Shown: positions 41,311 to 52,165 of the stretch, piece after piece | How the letters are laid out: the number at the start of each line of letters is the position of its first letter | Numbering within the stretch: position 1 is the first letter of the stretch | Assembly: GCF_006345805.1 (NCBI RefSeq) | Contig: NC_043000.1 | Coordinates: 50,654,001 to 50,718,000, forward strand | From: Octopus sinensis | Taxonomy: Eukaryota | Length of the DNA: 64,000 nt | Direction of reading: 5' to 3' | The notes under the pieces: generated by a model | Databases searched by the model: none | Told to the model about the DNA's origin: nothing | What the model saw: only the letters and a program-made list of their open reading frames with translations | Position numbers and translations under genes: made by a program

Positions 41311-41491
41311 GTTTGAGAATAATAAAATAAAACCTTTAAAAATGAAAATAAATAATTTTTGAATGAGATGTGAACATCGGCACTTCTAAATACTTTTCAA
41401 ACCTTAAAAAGATTATAACTAAACTTCAGATTCATAAAAAAAAAACATTCATAGTGTTTCAAAAGCATATATGAAAAATTTCTTCACGATT

Positions 41492-41906
41492 TAGGTGCTG
41501 GAGTGGCTGTGTGGTAAGTAGCTTGCTTACGAACCACATGGTTCCGGGTTCAGTCCCACTGCGTGGCACCTTGGGTAAGTGTCTTCTACTATAGCCTCGG
41601 GCCGACCAAAGCCTTGTGAATGGATTCGATAGACGGAAACTGAAAGAAGCCCATTGTATACATGTAAATATATATATATATGTGTATGTGCGTGTTTGTG
41701 TGTCTGTGTTTGTCCCCCCAACATCACTTGACAACCGATGCTGGTGTGTTTACGTCCCCGTAACTTAGCGGTTCAGCAAAAAGAGACCGATAAAATAAGT
41801 ACTAGGCTTACAAAGAATAAGTCCTGGGGTCGATTTGATCGACTAAAGGCGGTGCTCCAGCATGGCCACAGTCACATGACTGAAACAAGTAAAAGAGAGT
41901 AAAGAG
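41492..41906 (+). mobile_element. SINE family A
   Basis: Full-length, CpG-retaining copy; its 3' end is part of the inverted duplication below. Confidence 0.93.
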
Positions 41907-43343
41907 ATTTATAAAGTTCAGGTCGTTTGAAGAAACTGCAAAATATATTGAGTGTGATGACAGTGTAACTTTAGACAGTTTGGACTGGGAAAATGTTGCA
42001 GTGGATTGATGTGAGATGTGACTGACTGATTTACAAAACAGCTCACTTTTAGAGGCAAAAGTGTGTATTCTTGAAAGTTTAATTAAAAAGTATTGTTAAA
42101 AAACAGTACCAAAAAACATGCAAAACATGATTCTGAAATTCCATTTCCGAAAACAGAACTTATCAAAAAAAATCTTTCAATAGCAATTTACCAGTATTTT
42201 CATCAAAATACTCATATCAAAATGGTTTTCAGTGATGTCTTTTGTTAAGCCTAATTATAGGAGCTGCCTTACTGAGGAAACCAGCGCTGCATGAAGAGTT
42301 TTCAGAATAACCAAACATAATCTTAATGTAAAATGACTGTCATTGGTGGCACAGCAATAGAGGCCTCACTGAGATTTTATTTTCCTTTCATTTATTATTT
42401 TTTGTTTGTTTCATTTTCACAATTTTGCTTCTATTGAAAATTTCATGTTTCTTATTGCTGAGGTGCTCTATAGTTTATAACAATGTTTTTCTTCTATTGT
42501 CTTGTTTAAAAACATTAATATTAATTATTTTTATGTTGCCCATAAAGTACAATGCTTTCGTAAATTGTTATTTTTCGATTGTCTTTTTAAAACTTGATAT
42601 TAATAATTGTTTAAACATACTTCTTAAAACACTTTCATTTATTTCAATTTCTCTTTTATATTTTTGCTAATAGTAAAACAATAAATACACATATGTATCG
42701 AGATTCTACCTTTATCTTGAAAAAGCTCCATTATCATTGCTATTTATTCGTTAATTATGCTTTTTGTGAATAATTTCTTATAAATAAAGCATGTAATTCC
42801 TAAAGCTGTCCCATTCAAGTAATTCAGAAGTTATTGATTGTCTAAGCAGATTTCTTTGAGAATGCTTCCCAGCATTTTGTTCTCTTTCTCTGTAAAATAC
42901 TTTGAACAATGCAAGTATAATAGAAATGATAATCTGCTGCTCAAAAATTTCCACAGAATTTTTTTGATAAGTTCTGTTTTCAGAAATGGAATTTCAGAAT
43001 TTCAGAATCATGTTTTGCATGTTTTTTGGTACTGTTTTTTAACAATGCTTTTTAATTAAACTTTCAAGAATACACACTTTTGCCTCTAAAAGTGAGCTGT
43101 TTTGTAAATCAGTCAGTCACATCTCACATCAATCCACTGCAACAATTTCCCAGTCCAAGCTGTCTAAAGTTACACTGTCATCACACTCAATATATTTTGT
43201 AGTTTCTTCAAATGACATGAACTTTATAAATCTCTTTACTTTCTTTTACTTGTTTCAGTCATGTGACTGTGGCCATGGGGGAGCTCCGCCTTTAGTCGAT
43301 CAAATCGACCCCAGGACTTATTCTTTGTAAGCCTAGTACTTAT
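41795..43343. repeat. ~378-bp inverted duplication (41795-42172 / 42958-43343) of SINE tail plus unique flank
   Basis: Manual alignment: about 11 substitutions, one 8-bp insertion and one homopolymer difference. Confidence 0.95.
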
Positions 43344-43576
43344 AAGATGTATGAGAGAATTTTCTGAAACGGATTTCTCCAATGTCGGTACACACACACT
43401 CAAACGGATTTGCCACCTTGACCTCTACATGGTCAAAAGTTCCTTGCTTCACTGAACTCATCCAGTGTCAACTTGATGTACCTGTTTCTCTCCCTTTAGT
43501 CTTCTTTAATGTGATTCACATGTTGAACCTCACATACCAATTTCTATATATATGTGTGCATATATATATATATATG

Positions 43577-43977
43577 GCTGAGTGGTAAGTAGCTTGTTTA
43601 CTAACCACATGGTTCTGGGTTCAGTCCCACTGCGTGGCACCTTGGGCAAGTGTCTTCTACTATAGCCTCGGGCCGACCAAAGCCTTGTGAGTGGATTTGG
43701 TAGACGGAAACTGAAAGAAGCCCGTCGTGTATATGTATATATACATATATGCGTGTGTGTGTTTGTGTGTCTGTGTTTGTCCCCCTAGCATTGCTTGACA
43801 ACCGATGCTGGTGTGTTTATGTCCCTGTTACTTAGCGGTTCGGCAAAAGAGACCGATAGAATAAGTACTGGGCTTAAAAAAAGAATAAGTATTGGGGTCG
43901 AGTTGCTCGATTAAAGGCGGTGCTCCAGCATGACCACAGTCAAATGACTGAAACAAGTAAAAGATAAAAGAGTAAAA
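43577..43977 (+). mobile_element. SINE family A
   Basis: Aligns to the family; slightly 5'-truncated, follows (TA)n. Confidence 0.92.
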
Positions 43978-43999
43978 AATATATATATATATATATATG

Positions 44000-44148
44000 T
44001 TTTACATTCTGAGTTCAAATCCGTTAAGGTCGACTTTGACTTTCATCTTTTTGGGGTTAATAAATCAAGTACCAGTTGCATACTGGAGTCAATCTAATCA
44101 ACTGGCCCCCCTCCCCAAAAATTTCGGGCCTTGTGCCTAGAGTAGAAA
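44000..44148 (+). mobile_element. SINE family D, 3' portion
   Basis: TTCTGAGTTCAAAT...GGTCGACTTTG...AGTACCAG...GGCCTTGTGCCTAGAGTAGAAA. Confidence 0.8.
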
Positions 44149-44204
44149 AAAATATATATGTGTGTGCATGGATGTGAGTGTGTGCATGTGCATGTGTCTC
44201 CATG

Positions 44205-44424
44205 TATGTGAGGGTGCTGAAAAGTTCCTGGCTTTGGGTAAAAGAAAATACAGGAGGCTCAGTTAATTATGATTTTATTTAACATGTTCCCCTCTCAGAT
44301 TCACACACTTATTGCAATAGTCCTTCAGGTTTTCTAAGCCCTGTAAAAGAACTCGGAAAGTTGGGCCTCCAACCAGGCCTTTCACTGTACCCTTAAAGCC
44401 AGGAACTTTTTAGTACTTCCTGTA
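44205..44424. mobile_element. Mariner-type MITE, second copy
   Basis: Same TIRs and interior as 31283-31506. Confidence 0.88.
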
Positions 44425-45802
44425 TATGTGTATACTTGCATACATATCCATACAGATATAAAGACAAATTGTTATCAGTACGTTAGCTCTTATTTTTCAT
44501 CTTGTGAGACAATAAACCTCTATGTAGACTCTCAAGTAGCTAAAGATGGCTGCTAATATTCCCTTGGGTAACCTGCAACTATTTTGATGTTTCCCAGAAA
44601 AATATATCTTTAGATGATTCTCCTATTTCACTATGAGCCAAGGAAATTACTAATAATATTAATTATAGGTGTCATTTCAAGGCAAGCAGCATTTATTCTG
44701 TTCAATATTTAAAATCTTAACTACGACTCCAAATAGTAATTAATTTTCACTCCAAACTAGCACAGACTTTTGTGTCATGAGCATAGAAGAAAATTTAATT
44801 TGTAACATAAAACATATCTGCCTAACATCGTTAATTAAAATGAACCATTTTTGTTTAATGACATCCACAAAGCCTTCAAGCATGTAAAAGAAAATCTTAA
44901 CACATGCAAATTTGTTTGGGATATATTTCTTTAAATAACACTAGACAGAATGTCTATACTTGACTTTTCTTCAAATAATAACGCTTTGCTTGAATGATCA
45001 TTGAAAAATCAATTACATATTTATGTCTCATCACTTCAGTGGTACTATTAGGATGCAAATAAACTTCCACAGATGAAAATTACCTGAAAGAACTAAGCTA
45101 TAATATGTATATATGTGTACATACATACATACATACATACATATATGTGTGTGCATGTGTCTGTCTACTTGTACATATGTTTGTATGTATGTATGCTGTA
45201 TGTATATGTGCGTGTGTATGTGTAAATGTATGTGTGTTTATCTGTCTGCCTGAACATATGTCTGTATGTACATATATATGTTATATGTATATGTGTGTGT
45301 GTGTATAAGTGTATGTGTATACATACACAAACATATATATGCATGTGTCACCAGAGGTGAATCTATGAATGAGGGATGCAAGGTGATGCTCTCTCTGTGT
45401 AATAACTAATATACTTGCCTGATAAACAAAAGCTGTATGATCATTTCCTTTTCAGTTTTATTCTTTAGATATCATATGGTCTCTATCTGTGCCTATGTGC
45501 CTTACTTATATATAATAATGTCAAATTTATGACTTCAAGCTTTTATTAATTTGTAAATCTTTCTGATTTCTTAAATAAATAAATATGTGTGTGTGTGTGT
45601 GTTTGTGTGTGAGAGAGCAGAAGAGAATGAGAAAGATATCTTGAAAGTATCTGTGTTAGATGCTGAATACCTAAACCTATATCTATAAATATGGGAGAAT
45701 TTTAAAGGTAATAATAAGTATTTTAGTTTATTTTTTAGTTTGTTTTAGTCATTGCACATCAAGCCATGCTGAAGTCCCACTTTCATGTAAGGCAATAGAT
45801 TA

Positions 45803-46182
45803 AGGCAATGGCCCAGTGGTTAGGGTAGAGGACTCGCGGTCGTAAGATCGCGGTTTCGATTCCCAGACCGGGCGTTGTGAGTGTTTATTGAGCGAAAACA
45901 CCTATAAGCTCCACGAGGCTCCGGCAGGGGATGGTGGTGATCCCTGCTGTACTCTTTCACCACAACTTTCTCTCACTCTTACTTCCTGTTTCTGTTGTAC
46001 CTGTATTTCAAGGGACCGGCCTTGTCACTCTCTGTGTCACGCTGAATATCCCTGAGAACTACGTTAAGGGTACACATGTCTGTGGAGTGCTCAGCCACTT
46101 ACACGTTAATTTCACGAGCAGGCTGTTCCGTTGATTCGGATCAACCGGAACCCTCATCATCGTAACCGACGGAGTGCTTCCA
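45803..46182 (+). mobile_element. SINE family B (tRNA-Arg-like head)
   Basis: Near-identical to 30260-30643. Confidence 0.92.
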
Positions 46183-46272
46183 TATCCATCCAGATTAAAA
46201 TATATAACAGTACAGTCCCTTATTTACATTATTTACATTCGACGGATATTTGTCCTCATCTTGTTTGTTGTT

Positions 46273-46318
46273 AACACACTATTTTGGCTGATATACTCTC
46301 CAGCCTTCTTCAGGTGTC
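46273..46318 (-). ncRNA. Minimal type I hammerhead ribozyme motif (left arm), degenerate
   Basis: GACAC|CTGAAGA|A|GGCTG-GAGAGTATAT-CAGCC|AAAA|T|AGT|GTGTT; G12 lost (CpG to CpA). Confidence 0.55.
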
Positions 46319-46616
46319 TTGGGGAAATTTTGAACTTGGGTTCTCATTCCTAAGGTATTCTTCGACGACGTTATTATTATCATTATTGTTCAGGTCACTG
46401 CTTGCAATCAAACTCGGAATCTTGGAGTTAGTAGCATATGCTCTTAACCACGGGCATATGGCATAGTGGTTAAGAGCGCGTGCTACTAACCCCAAGATTC
46501 CAAGTTCGATTACAAGCAGTGACCTGAACAATAATGATAATAATAATAATAATAATAATAAGAATAACATCGAAGAATACCTTAGGAATGAGAACCCAGA
46601 TTCAAAATTTCCCCAA

Positions 46617-46662
46617 GACACCTGAAGAAGGCTGGAGGGTATATCAGCTGAAATGTTGTGTT
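46617..46662 (+). ncRNA. Minimal type I hammerhead ribozyme motif (right arm)
   Basis: GACAC|CTGAAGA|A|GGCTG-GAGGGTATAT-CAGCT|GAAA|T|GTT|GTGTT; catalytic core present, with C-to-T changes at two CpG positions. Confidence 0.7.
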
Positions 46663-47348
46663 AACAACAAACAAGATGAGGACAAATATCCGTCGAATGT
46701 AAATAATGTAAGTAATGTAAATAATGTACATAATTCCTCATCTCTTAAATATAGAACAGTACAGTCTCTGTTTTCTGTTATGATACTGAATTGCTGTTAT
46801 GATACTAAATTTCAGTAAGAAACACATATTATAACACCATACATATAGGAACAGCAGAATGTTCTATGCAAACATATTTATCTATATCTATTTATTAGTA
46901 CGTACATGTGTATATGTGGGAAGAACTGAAACAAGCATTTAGCATGATAAAGCATGTAAAAATAATACCTCGTGGGATTACACTAATTGCAAGAGTTTTC
47001 ACTGATAGTATATCATTAGTAGTAATCATTTATTTACTCTTCTTTAGGAAGTCAGAAAGCCAAAATGCAGTTTGTACTGAAAAGCAAGATCTTTCATTTT
47101 GTAAGAATTGTCTGGATATTTGACTATACTTAAGTATATGTCAATGTTGTTTGCAACTGTCAAAAGAAACGGATATGTTTTCATGAAATTTAAAGAGCTG
47201 TGTTAACCCTTTCATTATTAGGTTTCTTATGAAATGCACCACCTCTGTTTTGTCATTTGATTTCAAAAATAATCGACAATTTGAAGAAAGTGAGTAAAAT
47301 AACTAACAAATAACTAACATCTTTTTTTTTTATTATGAAGATGGTGCT

Positions 47349-47567
47349 TAAGGTAGCAAGCTGGCAGAATTGTTAGCATGCCAAACAGAATGCTGAGTGG
47401 CTTTTTGTCTGTCTTTACATTCTGAGTTCAAATTCCGCTGTGGTTGACATTGCATTTCATCCTTTCAGAGTTGATAAAATACATACCAGTCAAGCGCTGG
47501 GGCTGATGCAATTGATTTATCCCACTCCCTCAAAATTGTTGGCCTCGTACCAAAATTTGAAACCATT
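47349..47567 (+). mobile_element. SINE family D
   Basis: AGCTGGCAGAATTGTTAGC head; GTTCAAATTCCG; TTTCATCCTTTCAGAGTTGATAAA. Confidence 0.85.
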
Positions 47568-48030
47568 ATTAAGATGATGTTTGTAACAGAACAAAATGTT
47601 TTTGCATAAAACTGTGATGTAAGGTTTTAATTTCAATAGAAATATTTTAAAAAAGACAATTTTGTTTCATTGAGGTTGATATTAAGAAGGTTAAATAGTC
47701 TTTACAAATACTATATTGAATACAGCTAAGGAAGTTATGGTTTTCTAGGTAATTAATTTTCATGTAGTCTTTTCCACCCAGTATTTTTAGTACTTGTAAG
47801 GTATCAGAGATGGGTGGTTTGAGGTTAATTTACTAGGTTAACTTACTTCCCCATTGAAAGATAATGGTCAGAATTTCTGATTTCTCCTGTTCTTCATAGC
47901 TAACTTATTCCTCATTATAAACTTTTATTTGGTATTATTTGCTAACACAGTCCATCATTTGTTTTACCTTGGTTTGTAGCTGATTTAATTACTTGCTTGA
48001 GCTCTGTTTTCACCTTTGTGAATTGTTGTA

Positions 48031-48084
<54 letters not shown>

Positions 48085-48732
48085 CACGAGATCAAAGTTT
48101 CCCTACAAGAAACTACCAACCTAACATTCTTCAAAATGGTACTGACCCTAAATACAGATTCTGCAACACATTTGATAAAACAATAGACCATCTCATTTTA
48201 AAATGTCCTGTACTGACACCAAACAAATACAAAAATCATCATGATAGGGTAGGACAGTAATTACATTGGAAAATCTGTAACCACTACAAAATCAACACTC
48301 CTGCTTACTGGTACAAACATCATCCTGAGCTAGTCATTGAAGGTAAAAATGTGACTATCCCTTGGGATTTTCCAGTCAACACTAACAGAAAGATCCAGGC
48401 TAATTGATCAGACATAATTATTAAAGACAGGGAAGAAAATACTTGTAGACCAATAAATGTAAGCGTTCCCACTGATAAAAATATACCTGTAAAGGAATTT
48501 GACAAACTTAGTAAATATAAGGACCTGGAAATTGAAATACAAAAGATGTGACATCTTAAAGCAAAAACTGTGTCCTAGGTATGCTAGAAAAGGGTTGTCA
48601 GAAACATCGAGACAATATTACAGGAGAACCATGTCTTAGAGAACTCCAAAAGATTGTGGTGACAAGTACTGTCACATCCTTAGAAAAATCCTATCAATTT
48701 AATTGTCTTTGTTGTATTAAAAATAAATAAAT
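48085..48732 (+). mobile_element. R4/Dong-like non-LTR retrotransposon 3' fragment
   Basis: DQSFPTRNYQ...RFC...TIDHLILKCPVL...HHDRVGQ*LHWKIC...DIII.D...KYKDLEIEIQK; 5' junction abuts (TAA)n at 48032-48084. Confidence 0.9.
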
Positions 48733-48737
48733 GCACC

Positions 48738-48979
48738 CTTTTAAAGCCTAGCCAGGCTCATGGGCCTGATTTCCCGGTTTCTATGGTGTATGTTTTCCTC
48801 AGCTGGACAGGACGCCAGTCCATCACAGCGTTACTCATTTTTGCCAGCTGAGTGGACTGGAGCAACGTGAAATGAAGTGTTTTGCACAAGAACACAATGC
48901 ATCGCCTGGTCCAGGAATCAAAACCACAATCCTATGATCATGGTGCTGACACCCTAACCACTAAGCCACATGCCTCCAC
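48738..48979 (-). mobile_element. SINE family C (tRNA head, V-SINE-like body)
   Basis: GGAGGCATGTGGCTTAGTGGTTAGG...TTGTGTTCTTGTGCAAAACACTT...TGTGATGGACTGGCGTCCTGTCCAG. Confidence 0.8.
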
Positions 48980-49248
48980 TTCTGTGTTGTATTATATGGA
49001 GATATTTCACAACTGCCCCCTGCCACCTTCACTCCCCAAGCTTTCAGTTTTACCGTAACATCCCTTATCCTTCACTTGCTCTAGGGCACTTGGTGTGTAT
49101 TGGCAAGTGATTGTAACAAACATGCAAATTAAAAGTGAATAACAATAATAATAATTGGTACTTGGGCATTAAGTATGATGGAAAGAGACACTGTGAGACC
49201 TTTGACAACAGGTTGCTGCCTGCTCTCATAGAATTAACCTAAAAGTGC

Positions 49249-49313
49249 ATGTACAGTACATAGAATAATGTACAGTACATAGAATAATGTACAGTACATA
49301 GAATAATGTACAG
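49249..49313. repeat. 19-bp minisatellite, 3.4 copies
   Basis: ATGTACAGTACATAGAATA perfect tandem, no spacers. Confidence 0.95.
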
Positions 49314-50695
49314 AAACTAAAAGTGAAGAGTAATTTAAAAGAAAAGTTGTAGGGGCACTAGGTGTACTGTGATGGCTAACTATTAAATATTCTTGTAACA
49401 TTGGAGCATGTGCACTCTTCAGAACTGTCAGATCCTGTCAAACCATCCAACACATGCCATCATGTAACATGGATGTTAGAGGACGATTTTTTTTAAAGCT
49501 TATTATTCCATGTTAGCTTATGTTAAAGAATTATTTGAGGCAACTGTTTATGGCCATATGTTCTTTGTGGTGCCAACCATTACCTGTTATTTCAAGTAAA
49601 GAACTTTATTTATAAGCAACCAGCCTCATTTTTTGAATAAGAATTAATGTCAATATCACCATTTGATGCAAGTAGTATCAAGTATGGAATATTAACATTC
49701 ATACATATCTGTGTACATGCACCCATGCACACACACACACACTTATTGCAGTTTCCATCCAACAAATTCACTCAAATGGTGTCATGCTATGGAATTGAAG
49801 TTGCAGCAGCAATGTTGTTGCAAAGCAATCTTCATGACCACACTGCAACAAAGAGAGAGAGAGAGAGAGAAAGAGAGAAGAAGATTAATATGCAGAAGCA
49901 CACCCTGTATGAAAACTCATGCTTTTTGTTCCTATTTTAGAAAACCAAGTTTATTATTTATAAAAACATTTCCTTTGTTCATTTAAAATGCTATAAAAAC
50001 ATATATAGCCTGATATATAGCATTAAATTTGATTGCTCTGGAAACGGTTTAGATTATGTAATTGCTCAGAGTATTATCATAGGCTTGGTGTAAATGTTAT
50101 CAAAACACTGAACTGAAGCTATATCAAGAAACCTCTAGTTGGAAAATGTAAATTTGTTGGCTTTGTTCAGGAGTTTGATTAAACGGTTTCCTGTTCATTC
50201 TGACTTTCTTTCAGGAATTATAGTATTTCTATATCCATATCCACCTTATTCACTCTATGCAGAAACGTATTTTTACATATACAAAGATAAAAAGATGAAG
50301 CAAAAATAATTATGAATGTGTCTATTTTGATAATTATGAATGTGTCTATTTTCATCAGTTCATATATAATAAATATTTGTTGCTTATCAAAAGGGAAAGT
50401 ATTATATTATCAAACTTAGTAGTTTCTTTGAATCAAATCCAATGCAATTCTCACAAATTATTTTCAATTCATTTAATTGTGCCATTAGATTATAAGACAT
50501 AAATTGGATTTCAAAATATCACTATTCTATTATTTTTTCATTGGTTTCAGTCAGTGAGCTTCAGCGATGCTGGGGCACCACTTCAAGTACTTGGTTGGTC
50601 ATATGAATCTGAGACGTATTTTATCAGTCTCTCCTTCCTTGACTTGTTCAGTTATCGGACATAAAAAGATACAGCACACATGCATGCACGCGTAC

Positions 50696-51042
50696 ATGCA
50701 CATTCTTGTCTGAGGAACCAATAATGCATTGGGAAAATTCTAGATTAACAGACAACTGGTTCTGAGTAAATAAATTGTCTATCTTTCTACCTACCTTCAT
50801 GCCTACATGTGAGTGTGTGTGTGTATGTATGCGTATATATATATATAATATATATATATACACACACATAGATGCATGGATTGTTATGTGGCTGAGGAAG
50901 CTTGTTTCTCAACCATGTAGTCTTGGATTCAGTTCCATACTTTCGGCATGTGTCTCTTATAGCCCTAGGTCTCTCTCTCTCTTTCTCACTCCCCCCTCTC
51001 TGTGTGTGTGTGTATATATATATATATGCATGCATACACACA

Positions 51043-51073
<31 letters not shown>

Positions 51074-51191
51074 CTCACATGTAGGCATGAAGGTAGGTAG
51101 AAAGATAGATAATTTATTTATTCAGAACCAATTGTCTGTTAATCTAGAATTTTCCCAATGCATTATTGGTTCCTCAGACAAGAATGTGCAT
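50696..51191. repeat. 129-bp inverted duplication (50696-50824 / 51063-51191)
   Basis: 3 mismatches; the ORF track shows the same peptide HSHVGMKVGRKIDNLF.QNQLSVNLEFSQCIIGSSDKNVH on opposite strands. Confidence 0.95.
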
Positions 51192-51545
51192 ATACAGATA
51201 TGCATGTTTGTTTGTGTGTATGTCTGTGTTTGTTTCCTACTTAGTGATTCAGTAAAAGAGGCTGATAAAATCAGTACCAAGCTTAAGAATAGATACTGGG
51301 GTCAATTTGTTCAAATTAACTCTTTAAAGTGGTTCCCCAGTACAGCCACTGTCCACTGACTGAAACAGATAAAAGATAGATATAAAACACTCTGAGGAAT
51401 CTATCGGGTAATGCAAAAGCACTAAGTTCTGAGTGCATTGCTTCCTATAGCTGAAACAGCTGTAAGTTAATGGTGTTGATCACATAATTTCTTCTCCCTT
51501 ATCATTTTGTTATTGCATTAATTTACATATTTTACATGTGTCTAT

Positions 51546-52165
51546 AGTGGAGGCATGTGACTTAGTGGTTAAAGTGTTAGACTCATGATCATAAGATTGT
51601 TGTAGGCGCAGGAGTGGCTGTGTGGTTAGTAGCTTGCTTACCAACCACATGATTCCGGGTTCATTCCCACTGCGTGGGCTTGGGCAAATGTCTTCTACTA
51701 TAGTCTCAGGGCGACCAAAGCCTTGTGATTGGATTTGATAGACGGAAGCTGAAAGAAGCCCATCGTATATATGTATGTATATATATATATATGTGTGTGT
51801 GTATGTGTGTGTGTGTTTGTGCATCTGTGCTTGACCCCCAACATCACTTGACAACTAATGGTGGTGTGTTTATGTCCCCATGACTTAGCAGTTTGGCAAA
51901 AGAGACCAATAGAATAAGTACTAGGCTTCCAAAGAATAAGTCCTGGGGTCGATTTTCTCGACTAAAAGGTGGTGCTCCAGCATGGCTGCAGTTAAAAATG
52001 ACTGAAACGGGTAAAAGAGTTTCAATTCCTGGACTGGGCTAGGCATCAAAATTCTTCGTTTCACCTGGCAAAAATGAGTAAGCCTGTGCCAGACCAGTGT
52101 CCTGTCCAGGTGGTGAATTTATACACCACGGAAAAACGGGAAACTGGCCTTATGACTTGGGAAGG
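51546..52165 (+). mobile_element. SINE family C interrupted by a family A SINE (51603-52020)
   Basis: Family C head 51546-51600 resumes at 52021 (TTCAATTCCTGGAC...GTCCTGTCCAGG...GGCCTTATGAC). Confidence 0.85.

Larger units (their letters stand above)
46218..46757. mobile_element. Palindromic insertion of a tRNA-head + (TAA)n + hammerhead element: full copy 46452-46757 (+), inverted truncated copy 46221-46451 (-)
   Basis: Arms about 92% identical by manual count; A box TGGCATAGTGG 46459-46469; B-box-like GTTCGATTAC 46504-46513; direct repeat AGTACAGTC at 46209-46217 and 46758-46766. Confidence 0.92.

Noticed and set aside
45803-45875. tRNA genes (also heads at 30570-30643, 46452-46526 and 48900-48979)
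   Set aside because: tRNA-like only in the A/B boxes; no complete acceptor stem, and they continue into SINE bodies.
49249-49313. CRISPR-like repeat array (also 63855-63919)
   Set aside because: Head-to-tail tandem units without unique spacers; eukaryotic context, no cas genes.
50306-50352. 24-bp tandem duplication (also 13-bp at ~20258-20283 and 21-bp at 20563-20602)
   Set aside because: Ordinary slippage duplications.
50775-51359. Longest ORF (194 aa)
   Set aside because: Made of microsatellites, SINE pieces and the inverted duplication.
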